Below are positions 53,301-64,000 of a stretch of 64,000 nucleotides of DNA, one piece after another; the first letter of the stretch is position 1, and each line of letters begins with the position of its first letter. Made by a program: the position numbers and the translations under genes. The stretch lies in contig OZ287749.1 of NCBI GenBank assembly GCA_965649765.1, forward strand, positions 44,640,001 to 44,704,000, given 5' to 3'. This stretch comes from Bispira polyomma (Eukaryota). The notes beneath the pieces were generated by a model that was not told the origin of the DNA, made no database searches, and saw nothing but the letters and a program-made list of their open reading frames with translations.

Positions 53301-56300
53301 AAGTCTATGATATATATTTTAGGGAAAAGTTTGTGCATCAGGTAAGAGGCTTTGGTAAGAGGTTTGTGCCTCAGGTAAAAGCCATTGATATATTGAAAAT
53401 ATATTGAAATTTTATTTGTTATTATCTAACCACAGTTTTACACAGCTTCTTGATCACATTTGTCTTATTTTAACACAGTGTAATCCATGCAAAGTCTATG
53501 ATATATATTCTAGGGAAAAGTTTGTGCCTCAGGTAAGAGGTGTGAAACCAGGAAGTTACCATGTGATAAAACCATGTGCCCTGAGGAAGCTCTCTGTGTC
53601 ACAGAACCAGGTAGGAACAGGCAACATGGAGGGCCTGTGTCAATGGTCTTAAACTCGTACTTAAATGTCACATTAAAAGATTTGCTGATTAATGGAAGTA
53701 GCCTAGACGTTTTAATTCATATTAATGAAGCTTTCAGTAAGAAACCCATATATGCAGAATGTTTATCATACATGAATACAGCCGGACATATTTTGAGATT
53801 TTTAAGTTTTCAATAGGCATTTATATAGTGTGATTACATTGAATCAACAAAGGTACTTGTTCTTCAAGGAGATATAGTCCTACATCATAGCATACATTCT
53901 CATCAAAAAGTAGTTGTCGTTACATCAACGCAAGCTAGTCCAGCTTCTTTGGTTTTTCCTAAATATATAATTACAGAGCCTGGATTTATCTTGTGATGTT
54001 TTGTCAACTATATCATGTATTGTACAATTTCCCCACAACCACCATTTAGTGGTACAACATGTATTTAAAAAGATTGGTATTCATCAATTTTATTGGCTAA
54101 TAATATGGTGAAAAGCATTCTGATTGCCTGGGACTGAGAGTAGATGTCCCAAAAGGGTTGTGGATGATACTTGAGAATCTTTTCTTTGTTCCTTTGTTGA
54201 ACTTGATCTTATTTGACTTTTAGGTGTTTAATCTCTATATAATCTAATGGGAGATTGACAGATTATTTAGTAAAAGTGTTCTATGGTAAAATCTATATGA
54301 TAATCATATGATCATTAGATAAAGACACATTTTTACCCCACAGCCTATATATATATATATAGGTTATGGGGTATTGTTTTTACCTGAAAGGGCAGGCTGG
54401 TAGTGGCTGCTAAAATTTGATCAACCTAGTTCTAGAAAACCGTGAGGCAGAGGAAGTACATATTTAGTCCAAATATTCCTTTGGGGTTATCGGTGTGTAA
54501 CAACATTATGGTCAGATTTCACTTAAAGGCTATGGTTGTTTTGGCATCTCTGATGCTATTTTTTTTTCATGTGGTCAAAACTTTTAAAAAAAGCTTACTT
54601 ATCAAAGTCATTTGCTTTTATTCTTCCAGCAAGTAGTCGCTGCTCTAAAGACACAGATACTGGTGTGTGCAGTAGCAATGGGTTGTCAGTGACGCGTTGG
54701 TTTTATGATAGGAAGAAACAAGAGTGTTCTACATTCAGCTACAGTGGCTGTGGAGGCAATAACAACAACTTCATAACCTCAGATGAGTGTCAGCTTGTTT
54801 GTGAAGGTACCAGCTTCATACAAGTCAACAAAATGTACTTTGTAGTATAATAGCCCTGTGGGCAATGTGTTTCTCCAAAAGGAGGTGGGGGTAGTGGGGT
54901 CTATTATTTCAGAATAGAATGTTGATACATGTGGGTGGGGAAGTATGTTATCCCTAGTAATCATCATGGCATCATCATTTGACTCCATAACTACTATGTC
55001 ATGAAAGATTATCAATGGCGTAGAAATGATTTCCTAGAATTCAAAAGTGAAAAGAAAGAAAATTTGGTAATGACATAGTCTGACACGACACGGCTGTGTG
55101 TCAGCGATTCTGATTGGCCAAAAGCCTTGGTAAAATACTGCATATACCCAATGTCATTGGCTGTTCCATCAGTCCCGCTGCAAACATAATTAAGATGGAA
55201 CAGCCTATGTTTAATTAAGTTTATGACCAAAATATATGATTACTGAAGGGTGTTATTCCTATAAAGACAAATACTGTTTTATTTATTTCTATGTGTTGTG
55301 TATTTTACACCATAAGTAACTGCACAGCTTTCTAGTATCATCCTAACATATATAATTTTATCATTATTGTGATAGATTTTCAGCTTATGCTTATTATTTA
55401 TATCCAAAATCTAAAGATAAGTCACTGCTGTTTACTTTTTATTGTAGCTTTAATCCAAGCTTTATAGTTTTATAACAGTTTTTTTTGTTTTTCTGTCCAG
55501 AAAGTAGGAGACTGACCAAGATCTCTGTCTCAATGAAGTTACTGCATCAAATTCCACCTGTAGAATATGTACACGACGTCTTCCTGAGGTAAGTAATATA
55601 CAAAACTACAACATAAATCAACAGAAAATAAAATGGTCGGTTTTATTAAATAATCAAATATAAATAAAAATGGCCATTTTGAAAACTTCATTTTATGGTT
55701 AAATCATGCTGAACTAAGTAGTAAAATTTTATTTTCTTAAAAGTTAATTATCAAAATGTCCAGACCGCTGTATTTGGGCAACATACAAAAACGTCTAAGC
55801 CTTGCACATTATAAAATCAGTTGATGTCCATATGCGCAAAGAACTACCCATAGGGTTTCAGAAAATGTGTTTTAGTCATTTGGATGGATATGTTATGTTA
55901 ATGAGCAAGTGCTAGATTTTCCGTATTATAGCACATGAAGTGTAGCAATAACAAATAGAGGATTTTTTTAAATTTAACTTCATTTAATCAGAGATGCTTA
56001 GATAGCATAGTTGTAACAATCTTGCCTGCCACCTCTCCCATCTTGGGTTGCAATCTCGGCCATGGTGTTTATGTTAGAAAGTTGGCAAAATACTTGCTTA
56101 AGGCTGGCGGTTTGCCGAGCGAAAAACCTTGACCGGCTACCTAGCTTGGATGGCCTGCACCAGTGAACTGCCCAGCTTTATATGACATGAAGCATGTTGA
56201 AAGCGACATTAAACCCAAAACTAACTAAATAACTATCAAATAAAATACAAAAATGTTTTTAAATACATGGCATTACATTATTTATCTTGTATTTTTCAGT

Positions 56301-59300
56301 TTCTTCCAAAATACACTGAGTCAGTGGATGTTTCTGGAGAAGAACTACTTAATGAATATGCATATGACCCCATTGACCTCAGCACACAGGAAGAGGAAGC
56401 AAGCTGAAGGTGGATTTCAGGAGGTCATTGTCACATTAGATGTTATGGAGGGAGGTCAAACGACACCAACAGAAGCAGTTTCTTTCCTCACAGATAAGGT
56501 AACTAGAACTGTATAGTTTTATTAGAACACATGTTTTCACAAAAGCAGAGGTGGTTTAAATTATAACTACAAGTATATGCCTATTGTTTTAAAGAAGTTC
56601 ACTGGGATATTAATTTCAGTTTTTGTCCATTTCTTTCAAAATTTATACATACCTTTTAAATATAATTCTTTTGTTGGGAATTAATCTTCACCGCTCAACC
56701 CATTATAAAAAATACTTAAATACAGCTAATTTGATGTTTAAAAAATTGCTATCTTTGCACATTGATCTACTCAGTTACTGAGCTTCAACTCGGATCTCAA
56801 AATACTTTGTATCAGTAGACAAGATTAACTTTTTTACATCTTATTAGTGTCCATGCAATGTCACATTAAGCCAGTGACCCAAAAATTCTTATCTTGATTG
56901 CATTCAGGTTGCTGTCCTAATCCTAAAAACTTAGGCCAGTGGCTAGGCCTTTACACTATCCCATACATCAAATCTACTGCCTCTGGGCCATCAAGCCTAT
57001 ATTGATATTACTACCTGTTTATTTAATTCTTTGCTTGTCTTTTTATACATATACAGATTCAGACCAAGACTTCCACATTTTACTACAAAACCTACCTGGT
57101 TACTGTGGATCCTCAGAGCTTGTCCCTTGTAAGTTACTATGATGACACAGAGAAGCCTGTTCCCACTACCTTCAAACCCGAGAAAGGCATGGAGCAGTAT
57201 CAGATTATCATTGTGATTGTGGCCATAGCTTTAGCCCTGGCCTTTATTGCAGCAGTTATTGCTGTGGTAAGTTCAATTTGAAGTTTTGTAAACAAACCTT
57301 AAGAGCAAAGGCTAGTGGTCTCTGTGGCTTAGTAGTTATGACGTTCAACTTTGGAGCATGTGGTCCCAGGATCGATGCTTACTGCAGGTCTGAAGATTAT
57401 TGTTTTGGGCAAGATGTATAAATGTGGTACCTAGCTGGTTGCCAATGGGCATTTTGTTTGTGCAACATGTGACATAATGGCTGGTATGCTCCATTAGGGA
57501 ACTGAGATTGAACAATGAAGAAGTAGACAAACCCATTGGAGGTGATATATATATTAGATTATAAACTATACATTTAGTTGTAGACTTTTGACACATTGGA
57601 AGCCTGGGGTCAGTTCAGACAAAGTAAAATTTAGAAAATATGGTGAAATATTTCTGGAGTTTGTCTTGTTTTACACAAAAGTATTAAATGGTTTTAATTT
57701 ACAGTATATATTATCTAAACGCAGAGAGAGCAAGATATTATTTGTGTCACAGAAGGTTCCTAAAATAGAAGAGGCATTCTAATAAACTTGGTAGCATGAA
57801 ATTGAATTTATAAGTGATTGTGGTATAATTAAGTCAATTTAAAGTCACATAGGTAACACCAAAGATATCCTTTGAGTATTAGACATCAGGTAGATTTTAA
57901 AAGACAATTTTATATGCTGTTTCAATATCTCAAATTATTTGATATATATATACGACAAAAAACACCTGAACAGTGAAACATCTTTTAGACATCTTTTGTG
58001 TGACAAATTTCTTGTGCTTTCCAGTTTGTTTGCCTGAGGCACAAAAAGAGTGGTGGTTATGAAGTGGACTACAAACAGACATCCCAGAATGGCAAGGTAA
58101 GATATCTAAATGGCTGGTATTTTGTATTTCATTTAAAGAGAAAACAAAGTAACCCCAAACTCAAGTACTTAACTCAAATAAAGGCAATTTAGATGTCCAT
58201 TACAGAGGTAATAACCCACCCTACAATGACCATGTACTTTAAACAGACTTTTACTCCTTTTCGTGTCATAGAGTAAGTAGTATAAAATAATACATTGTTG
58301 ATATATTCACTGTAGCCAAAGTTATGGTGAGTTTAGCTAAAGTTTCGGTGAATATCTTTCTTCAAGAAATATACCATATGTGACGTATATGTAGATGTTT
58401 GACACACATACACAACAGGATTTTTCTACGGTGAGTGTTGTGTCAATATTTTGTCCTCTGTCTAACCATGTTATGTATTTGTGGTCATTGGCTTTTTTTT
58501 CTCTTCTGTAAATATTTCACTGTGTATTTAAAGTAAACAGAGTCTGTGCCAAGTCTTTTTCCTTTGTTGTGAGACAATAGAAAGTGTCAGAAATATGAGA
58601 TAAAGTAATTGTGTACATTACATATAGTTTTTTATATAAGTGCATGTGCTTATATTGTCACGCACACCCACAGAAAACAATGTTAAAAATAAGACCAAAA
58701 CAAATTCTTCTCCGTACTTTGTGCTGCAATAAATTTACTCAGTATAGCATAACATGTACTTGAATAGGGCGTCACAAACAGTACTCTACTTATGTATGCT
58801 GAGTATATTTATTGGATTTATTTATATTGTGTAATTGACCTTCTACCTCTGCAGTCATGGGTTTGATTCTCGCCCATGTGGCATGTATGTGGGAAAGTTG
58901 GTAGTAGACTTGCTGAAGGTTGATGGTTTGCAGTAAAGAAAATCTTCCAAACATCCTGTACTGTTTTCCTCCACAAATAAACTGCCCATTGCAATTTAAT
59001 ATTCATTTATTAAAAGCCATGTTAAATCAATAGGTGAATAAATAAGGTAAAGTGTTTTATGTTTTCCTCATATATGTGTCGTACAATAAGTTTGAATCTA
59101 TTGAACATTGAAATTTTAAATAAATGTGATATAAATAATACTTTTTGTTGACAAGAAAAGGTTCAGAGTTAAACTATTATGACATCATGTATGACATAGT
59201 GAAGATAATAATCAACCTTCTCCACTTTGTATGGAAAAATTAATCACAAATTCACCAAATATCCAAAGTATATCACCTATAACTGCCAGTAATTCTAAGC

Positions 59301-59565
59301 TAAATTATATTACTTTTAGCAATAAAATATATATTTTATCATAACAAGCGTAGTTTTTAATCATTTTGCATTCAAGTTTGTCCTAATTAATTGATTTTAG
59401 CAAGGTTTTAGTGTGATGAATTTTAGTGTCAAAATTCAGGTTAATAACTATATTAACATACATGTATTTCTTTTGTAGGTGCCTTCATTTGACAATGCTG
59501 TATATGACCAGCCACCATATGTAGTTTATCCTTCAGACACAAAGGAGAAAATTCCACTGGAATAA
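41289..59565 (+). CDS. Giant type-I membrane protein, ~2622 aa: signal peptide + 81 antistasin-like domains + FOLN-like + Kunitz + SEA-like + TM + FDNAVY tail; join(41289..41355,45274..52001,52637..52780,53514..53610,54630..54806,55501..55588,56300..56498,57057..57266,58025..58096,59479..59565)
   Basis: All nine introns are GT-AG with matching phases (1,0,0,1,1,2,0,0,0); 7869 nt, open to TAA. An antistasin unit split by the 52002-52636 intron is completed across it (CPPLQCFINCEHGMKK/DDKGCLTCDC). TM segment IIIVIVAIALALAFIAAVIAV/FVCL is followed by RHKK. Confidence 0.88.
41780..41908. mobile_element. Tc1/mariner-type MITE
   Basis: ta|cagtagaatctctactatc ... gataatagaggttctactg. Confidence 0.75.
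42187..42826. mobile_element. Two adjacent Harbinger-type MITEs (~42187-42714 and ~42717-42826)
   Basis: gggcctgtaatc..gaatatgagccc then ggcccatattcac..gtaaatacggtccc; the second has a perfect 21-bp inverted repeat gacttagccaagtcttaggct. Confidence 0.65.
45274..52001 (+). CDS. 6728-nt exon encoding 79 complete antistasin-like (PF02822-type) domains plus the start of an 80th
   Basis: Within the 2306-aa ORF; unit C-x4-C-x3-C-xxGFKKDxNG-C-x2-C-x-C; tttttag acceptor and AAG|gtactt donor. Confidence 0.95.
45480..51947 (+). repeat. Coding tandem array: 77 x 84-bp units with 672-bp (8-unit) and 1092-bp (13-unit) higher-order repeats
   Basis: Unit starts at 45480 and 51864 are exactly 76x84 apart; shadow ORFs recur at 45819/46491/47163 (672) and 47546/48638/49730 (1092). 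Confidence 0.95.
52637..52780 (+). CDS. Exon: end of antistasin unit 80 and unit 81
   Basis: DDKGCLTCDCLESPVSCSDIECMMECPFGQRRDDNDCSLCSCKESACE, 144 nt, ttgtag/gtaact. Confidence 0.93.
52830..53138 (-). mobile_element. tRNA-SINE in intron
   Basis: Minus-strand ggttcaatccc B box and core shared with the 34250 and 61235 copies. Confidence 0.65.
53198..53540 (+). repeat. Tandem duplication of intron end, acceptor and first ~27 nt of the 53514 exon
   Basis: aaagccattgata...tagggaaaagtttgtgc(a/c)tcaggtaagagg occurs twice, ~190 bp apart. Confidence 0.9.
53514..53610 (+). CDS. Exon: follistatin-N-like Cys module
   Basis: (CE)GKVCASGKRCETRKLPCDKTMCPEEALCVTEP, 97 nt, phase 0-1; domain label is by Cys spacing only. 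Confidence 0.8.
54630..54806 (+). CDS. Exon: BPTI/Kunitz domain
   Basis: CSKDTDTGVCSSNGLSVTRWFYDRKKQECSTFSYSGCGGNNNNFITSDECQLVC; FxYxGCxGNxNNF signature; symmetric phase 1-1 exon. Confidence 0.95.
55501..55588 (+). CDS. Exon: stalk part 1
   Basis: Long pyrimidine tract ending ccag, ESRRLTKISVSMKLLHQIPPVEYVHDVFL, gtaagt donor. Confidence 0.85.
56300..56498 (+). CDS. Exon: stalk part 2 with RKRK
   Basis: tttttcag acceptor, FFQNTLSQWMFLEKNYLMNMHMTPLTSAHRKRKQAEGGFQEVIVTLDVMEGGQTTPTEAVSFLTDK, gtaact donor. Confidence 0.87.
57057..57266 (+). CDS. Exon: juxtamembrane region and transmembrane helix
   Basis: IQTKTSTFYYKTYLVTVDPQSLSLVSYYDDTEKPVPTTFKPEKGMEQYQIIIVIVAIALALAFIAAVIAV, gtaagt donor. Confidence 0.9.
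58025..58096 (+). CDS. Exon: TM end and cytoplasmic juxtamembrane segment
   Basis: FVCLRHKKSGGYEVDYKQTSQNGK, tttccag/gtaaga. Confidence 0.88.
59479..59565 (+). CDS. Last coding exon with FDNAVY motif
   Basis: VPSFDNAVYDQPPYVVYPSDTKEKIPLE*; ttttgtag acceptor; AATAAA downstream near 60011 and 60464. Confidence 0.88.
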   Translation: MPSFDNAVYDQPPYVVYPSDTKEKIPLE

Positions 59566-60532
59566 ACATCTATGATCTGTTGACATGTGTCTTCCCTTGA
59601 GCAGCAAGAGCTACAAAGAGACACCTATAAGTGTATATAGTGTGGTACATTATAGAATGTGACTTTTTAGAACAGTTTCTTTCATTGATGGAATTATCAG
59701 GCACTTTAAGAAGCTAATATATTTTTTATTCATATTGTTTTTTGTATGATTTTTAATATGATGTATAAATTAAATGAAACAAAAGACAGGTACAGTCTGT
59801 TTTGTTTTTGTAGGGTTTTTTAAATTTTATAAAATTAATGTTTATATTTGCAATATAAAATATTTGCAAACTTTTTATATGTGATATTGACAAGTCATTT
59901 TCTTTTTAAATATACTTAAAAAAAATTTGTACTTAAAAACATAAAATAGAACAGTTATAAGTATGCATTCTGCTATCAATTCGGTTAACCCAGTGATAAT
60001 TTATATTTATAATAAACTTTATTTTTATTTATTTGCATTTCAAAACTAAGCATTTCTTTCTTATTATGTATTCATTATTTCTAAACCAATTGCATAGGTT
60101 TATAATTTGAAGAGATCCATCAAAAATTAATAACTTTACTGTGATAACTATTCCTAAACTGCTCAAGTGTTTTTGTACTTCTCATGTCATACAGCAAAAT
60201 TCAGATGGAATTCTCACTTTGTGTAACACAATTCTAGAAGTGTGCAGATTTTATCTTTGCACATAACATGTGCTAATACATTAGCCTTTTCAGTTATTCA
60301 CAGATATATCATATATTGTAATAAATTGAAATCTCAACATAGAATGCAGGTAAATATTATAACCGGTGTATTTTGGAGGCTCTGTGATTTGCTATTAATT
60401 TTTAATCTATACTGTATTGTTGTTTTTATAATTTATAAATTTGTAAAAAATATACATGTGTAGTAATAAAATTTTGTAGATAAGTAACTGTGCTTAATTA
60501 CAAACAATTTTGGTGGTGTCATAACTTGTTCT

Positions 60533-60972
60533 CAATTAAAACATGTTATGTTAAATCATGTGTCATCAGTTCTGGAAAAATCAGTCCAAACCTAAAAAAG
60601 TGGTTCACCAAACATTTCATGGATTTAAGTGTATCATTGAATGTTGCAAGAATATTGGCCTATTGACAATTTCAAACATGATACAAAGTTTTGCAGATAA
60701 CTGTGGTTAATTATGAGAATATTTATGAGCTTAACAAGAGCATATAGCTTTATCTACACTAATTTTGCCAGTTCTTAATAACCTAGGTGGTCTCATGATT
60801 TTTTCACAATTAAAACATTATATATTAAACCATGTGTAATCAGTTCTGGCAAAATCTGTCAAACCTTAAAAAGTAGTTTCCATGTTCACCAAACATTTCA
60901 TGGGTCTTGGTGTATCAATCAATGTTGCAGGATATTGGCCTATTGACAATTTCAAACATGATACAAAAGTTG
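60533..60972. repeat. Local direct duplication of ~155 bp, period ~275 bp
   Basis: catgtgt(c/a)atcagttctgg..tattggcctattgacaatttcaaacatgatacaaa occurs twice. Confidence 0.85.
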
Positions 60973-61234
60973 CATGAACACAAGATACAGTCTCTTGGGT
61001 CTGTAGTCTCCAAATCATAGGTGCCGTGAAACCACACTGCCCATGAAATACTTTCTGGATTACAGGACAAGCCAAAGTATAAACCAGGACACATAGACCC
61101 ATACTATAATGATTATTTGTACCAAATATGCACTCTCTCTGACACAATGTTCCTGGTACATTGACCACTACAAGATATTTAGGATCATTGCAGTGAATCA
61201 TGCTCAAGTTCAGATATAAACCATAACAAAAATC

Positions 61235-61545
61235 ACTGTGGTCGAGTGGGTAAGACACTCAGGATGAAAAGGATCTGGGTTTAATCCTAGTCTGGGAGAA
61301 CCAGGTACAGGGTGAATACATGGTAGTCCTTTGTCACTGGGTCATATCTCCAGTGGCAAGCTAATGAATGTTGGGATGTTGACAAATGGTCACCCTCAAG
61401 CCTCCCTCTTCAGTTGGCAGAATGACTGTTACTGATGCTAGTTGGCTGTACTCGTACTGTCACAAAAAGTTTAATTACCACTTTTATTAACAGATAAAGG
61501 TGGATAAATGTGCGGAGTATAAATTAGAATACAACACAATGCAAT
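61235..61545 (+). mobile_element. tRNA-derived SINE
   Basis: tggtcgagtgg A box, gggtttaatcct B box, shared core. Confidence 0.65.
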
Positions 61546-64000
61546 AATAGTTGCATACCATGATGGTATTTTTCACCATGTGGGACTGGTTTCTGTGATA
61601 TGCAGTAGACAAGCGTTCTTTAATTCTGGGCCATACATTATTGTTCCTATGATTTTTGTAAGATAAACTCGTTACATGCATGGTCATAACTTCATGACTT
61701 TAAGGTGAAAGTTTTAGCTAAGGTCAGTCCCATGACACTACGTAATAACACTTACCCATGATAATTGATAACATACATTACATTCAGTTGACAACTTGTT
61801 CCTGGGATATACATATACCATCGACAGCATTGTTAAGCTACCACACAGCCTACCACATTTCCAAATATAGAGGACAAAAATTTACATTTCATGCACATAT
61901 AAATTACCTCTGAAAATCCCTCACCTGCAGGTGGCACTTCATTTTACTTGACAAAACAACTGCTTGACATCTATAAATATATGATCCATTAATAGAGAAA
62001 CGGCTTTATTATATTATCATATGGTCTGTCTTTCTACAATCCACCATTAATACAAAGATCTGTGAAGTAAGTTTCCTTCTAAAACAGTAGTAATTTTGAT
62101 GAGGAAGGTTCCATATCTCTGTGTGTTTGAATGGGCCATATTTATAAAAGGACAAAGTTTAGATAGTGTTTAAAAGTACAAAAACCAACCATATATTTGG
62201 CAGAAGAGTATACTTGATCGGTGACACATCATAGGGATCAGCCCTTTTTGAAAATGTCCCATAACAAAAATTTAGTACACTTCTTTCATTATTTAAATTT
62301 TCAATAGTCCAGAATCACAAATAAATTGTTTAGCTTAATCGTAAGGACAGGGAAATGAGTTACGGGGGGAAGCAAGGGATTCACTGTGACTATCTTTTGT
62401 AGAAATAAATGATACATCACAGAAAGCTAATTAGTTATATCTTAGTTTTCATTAATTGTTAAACATATCAAGTAATCTAATAATATTTTACTCTGATTCT
62501 AGCAAGTTTTCAAATATATTATTTTTATGATGTTAGAATGATAAAAAAAGAGATTTTGCGGTATCACTGCTGCTACTAATTTTATGTATGCCCTCTATAT
62601 ATATATATTTATCTGTAGCTTTTGAAACTTTATTTTCCAGTCTGAGTCTGTTTATCTAATCTTGGCTCACCCTATAACGTACGTTACATATCAATTTCTT
62701 GGCATATTTGAACAAAGTACACAATTATAACTTTTTTTTATCATAAAACAATACAGTGTAAAGTGAGAACTACATTAAACATCTTATCTGGATAGCTATA
62801 TGGAGTAATCAAATTTACCTGGAGCCAAAGGTGTCAAATTTGGAATTCGCAAGAAAGCCAAGATCGCCAAAAGGTATTTTATGCTGAAAACGATGTGGTC
62901 TGGAAAATACCAGTGTAATGTACAACAATTTATATTCAGCAGAGTATTTGCCTGTAGTTGAGATTTAAAGCATTCATAGAACATTATGGATTATCATACA
63001 ATGTAAGGGAAACAAAGGCGACTATTGTATTGACAATATTCTATAGTATACATACAAATTAAAGGTTAACCATTATAACCAAAATATTTCACTTATATAG
63101 TGGCTTATTGGATGGTTGATAAAAATCTACACATAATTACAAATCTACAGTAAAAACAAGATGTCTAAAAAGCTTTATGACAATGAAATTCGTTGTTTTT
63201 AACAACATACTGTATGTTCTTCATTCAAATATTCTCTCAGTAAACCTCACCACCACAGACTATAGGTACAAATATTAACATAATTTAAGCTTTTATTGAA
63301 ATAAGCATCTTTAGTTTGAAGACTTATATTTGAAAGGGGATTTGCATTTTCAAGAAAAATATATTAATTATCTGCAAGTGTATCTAAAAAATGTATATAA
63401 TATGTAACAGCATTCTGATGGTTCCAGTAAATATCAATCATAAATGTGCATATTTGAATTAATTTATATGGATGAGTTATTGTTTTCAGAAAAGTGTGTG
63501 ACTCTGAAAGCCGAATTTAAGCATATCTTGGAAACCATGCTCCCGATTTTTTAACATTTCTCGTTTCAAGGGACCAGCTTAATCTTTAACCAGGCAAGTA
63601 CTTCCGTAAACAAAGGTTGCATAATTGATGACTTTGGATTTTCCAATTCTTGTTTTTTTTACCTTAGAAGACAAGAATGATTTTATAATTTGTTCAAATA
63701 AAAATAAATTAAAATGTTTTTTACCGACTACACAGTTAATGTGATGTCATATGCAATGACGATAACTGGTGCTCTAACTTTTGTAGCGTTACAATTTCTA
63801 GATGCCCCTTATGGGCGATATTACAGTTTACAATGGGGCCCTTCTCTTAATGGAAAAGTAGCTTGGTTTCTAATGGAATTACCATCACTGTCAATACCAC
63901 TGGCAACATTTCTTTATAACATGGATATATTACCTATAGAAACATGTGTATTATTTACATGTTTTATAGCTCATTACATTAACAGGTATGAACAAAATGT

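Overview
AT-rich, intron-containing animal genomic DNA. The SINE/MITE repertoire suggests a marine invertebrate such as a mollusc, but this is inference. Two spliced + strand protein-coding genes can be reconstructed by hand. (1) A RIT/Ric-family Ras-like GTPase with five coding exons at 4202-10431; the exon carrying the P-loop was not found and probably lies upstream of the window. The acceptor and 5' part of its switch-II exon are tandemly triplicated, and the intact copy has Val at a position that is normally Ala. (2) A giant type-I membrane protein of about 2622 aa in 10 coding exons (41289-59565). Its architecture is signal peptide, 81 antistasin-type six-Cys domains (79 inside one 6728-nt exon of 84-bp units with 672-bp and 1092-bp higher-order repeats), a follistatin-N-like Cys module, a non-canonical Kunitz domain, a SEA-like stalk with an RKRK cluster, a TM helix, and a short tail with an LDLR-like FDNAVY motif. 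This looks like a membrane-tethered, multi-specificity protease-inhibitor array and is the most novel item. The rest is mostly mobile DNA: several tRNA-SINE families, Tc1/mariner-, Kolobok- and Harbinger-type MITEs, Helentron-associated elements, a decayed 4.4-kb PIF/Harbinger element, LINE fragments, a solo-LTR-like segment and minisatellites. Exon models and counts were made manually; no searches were run.
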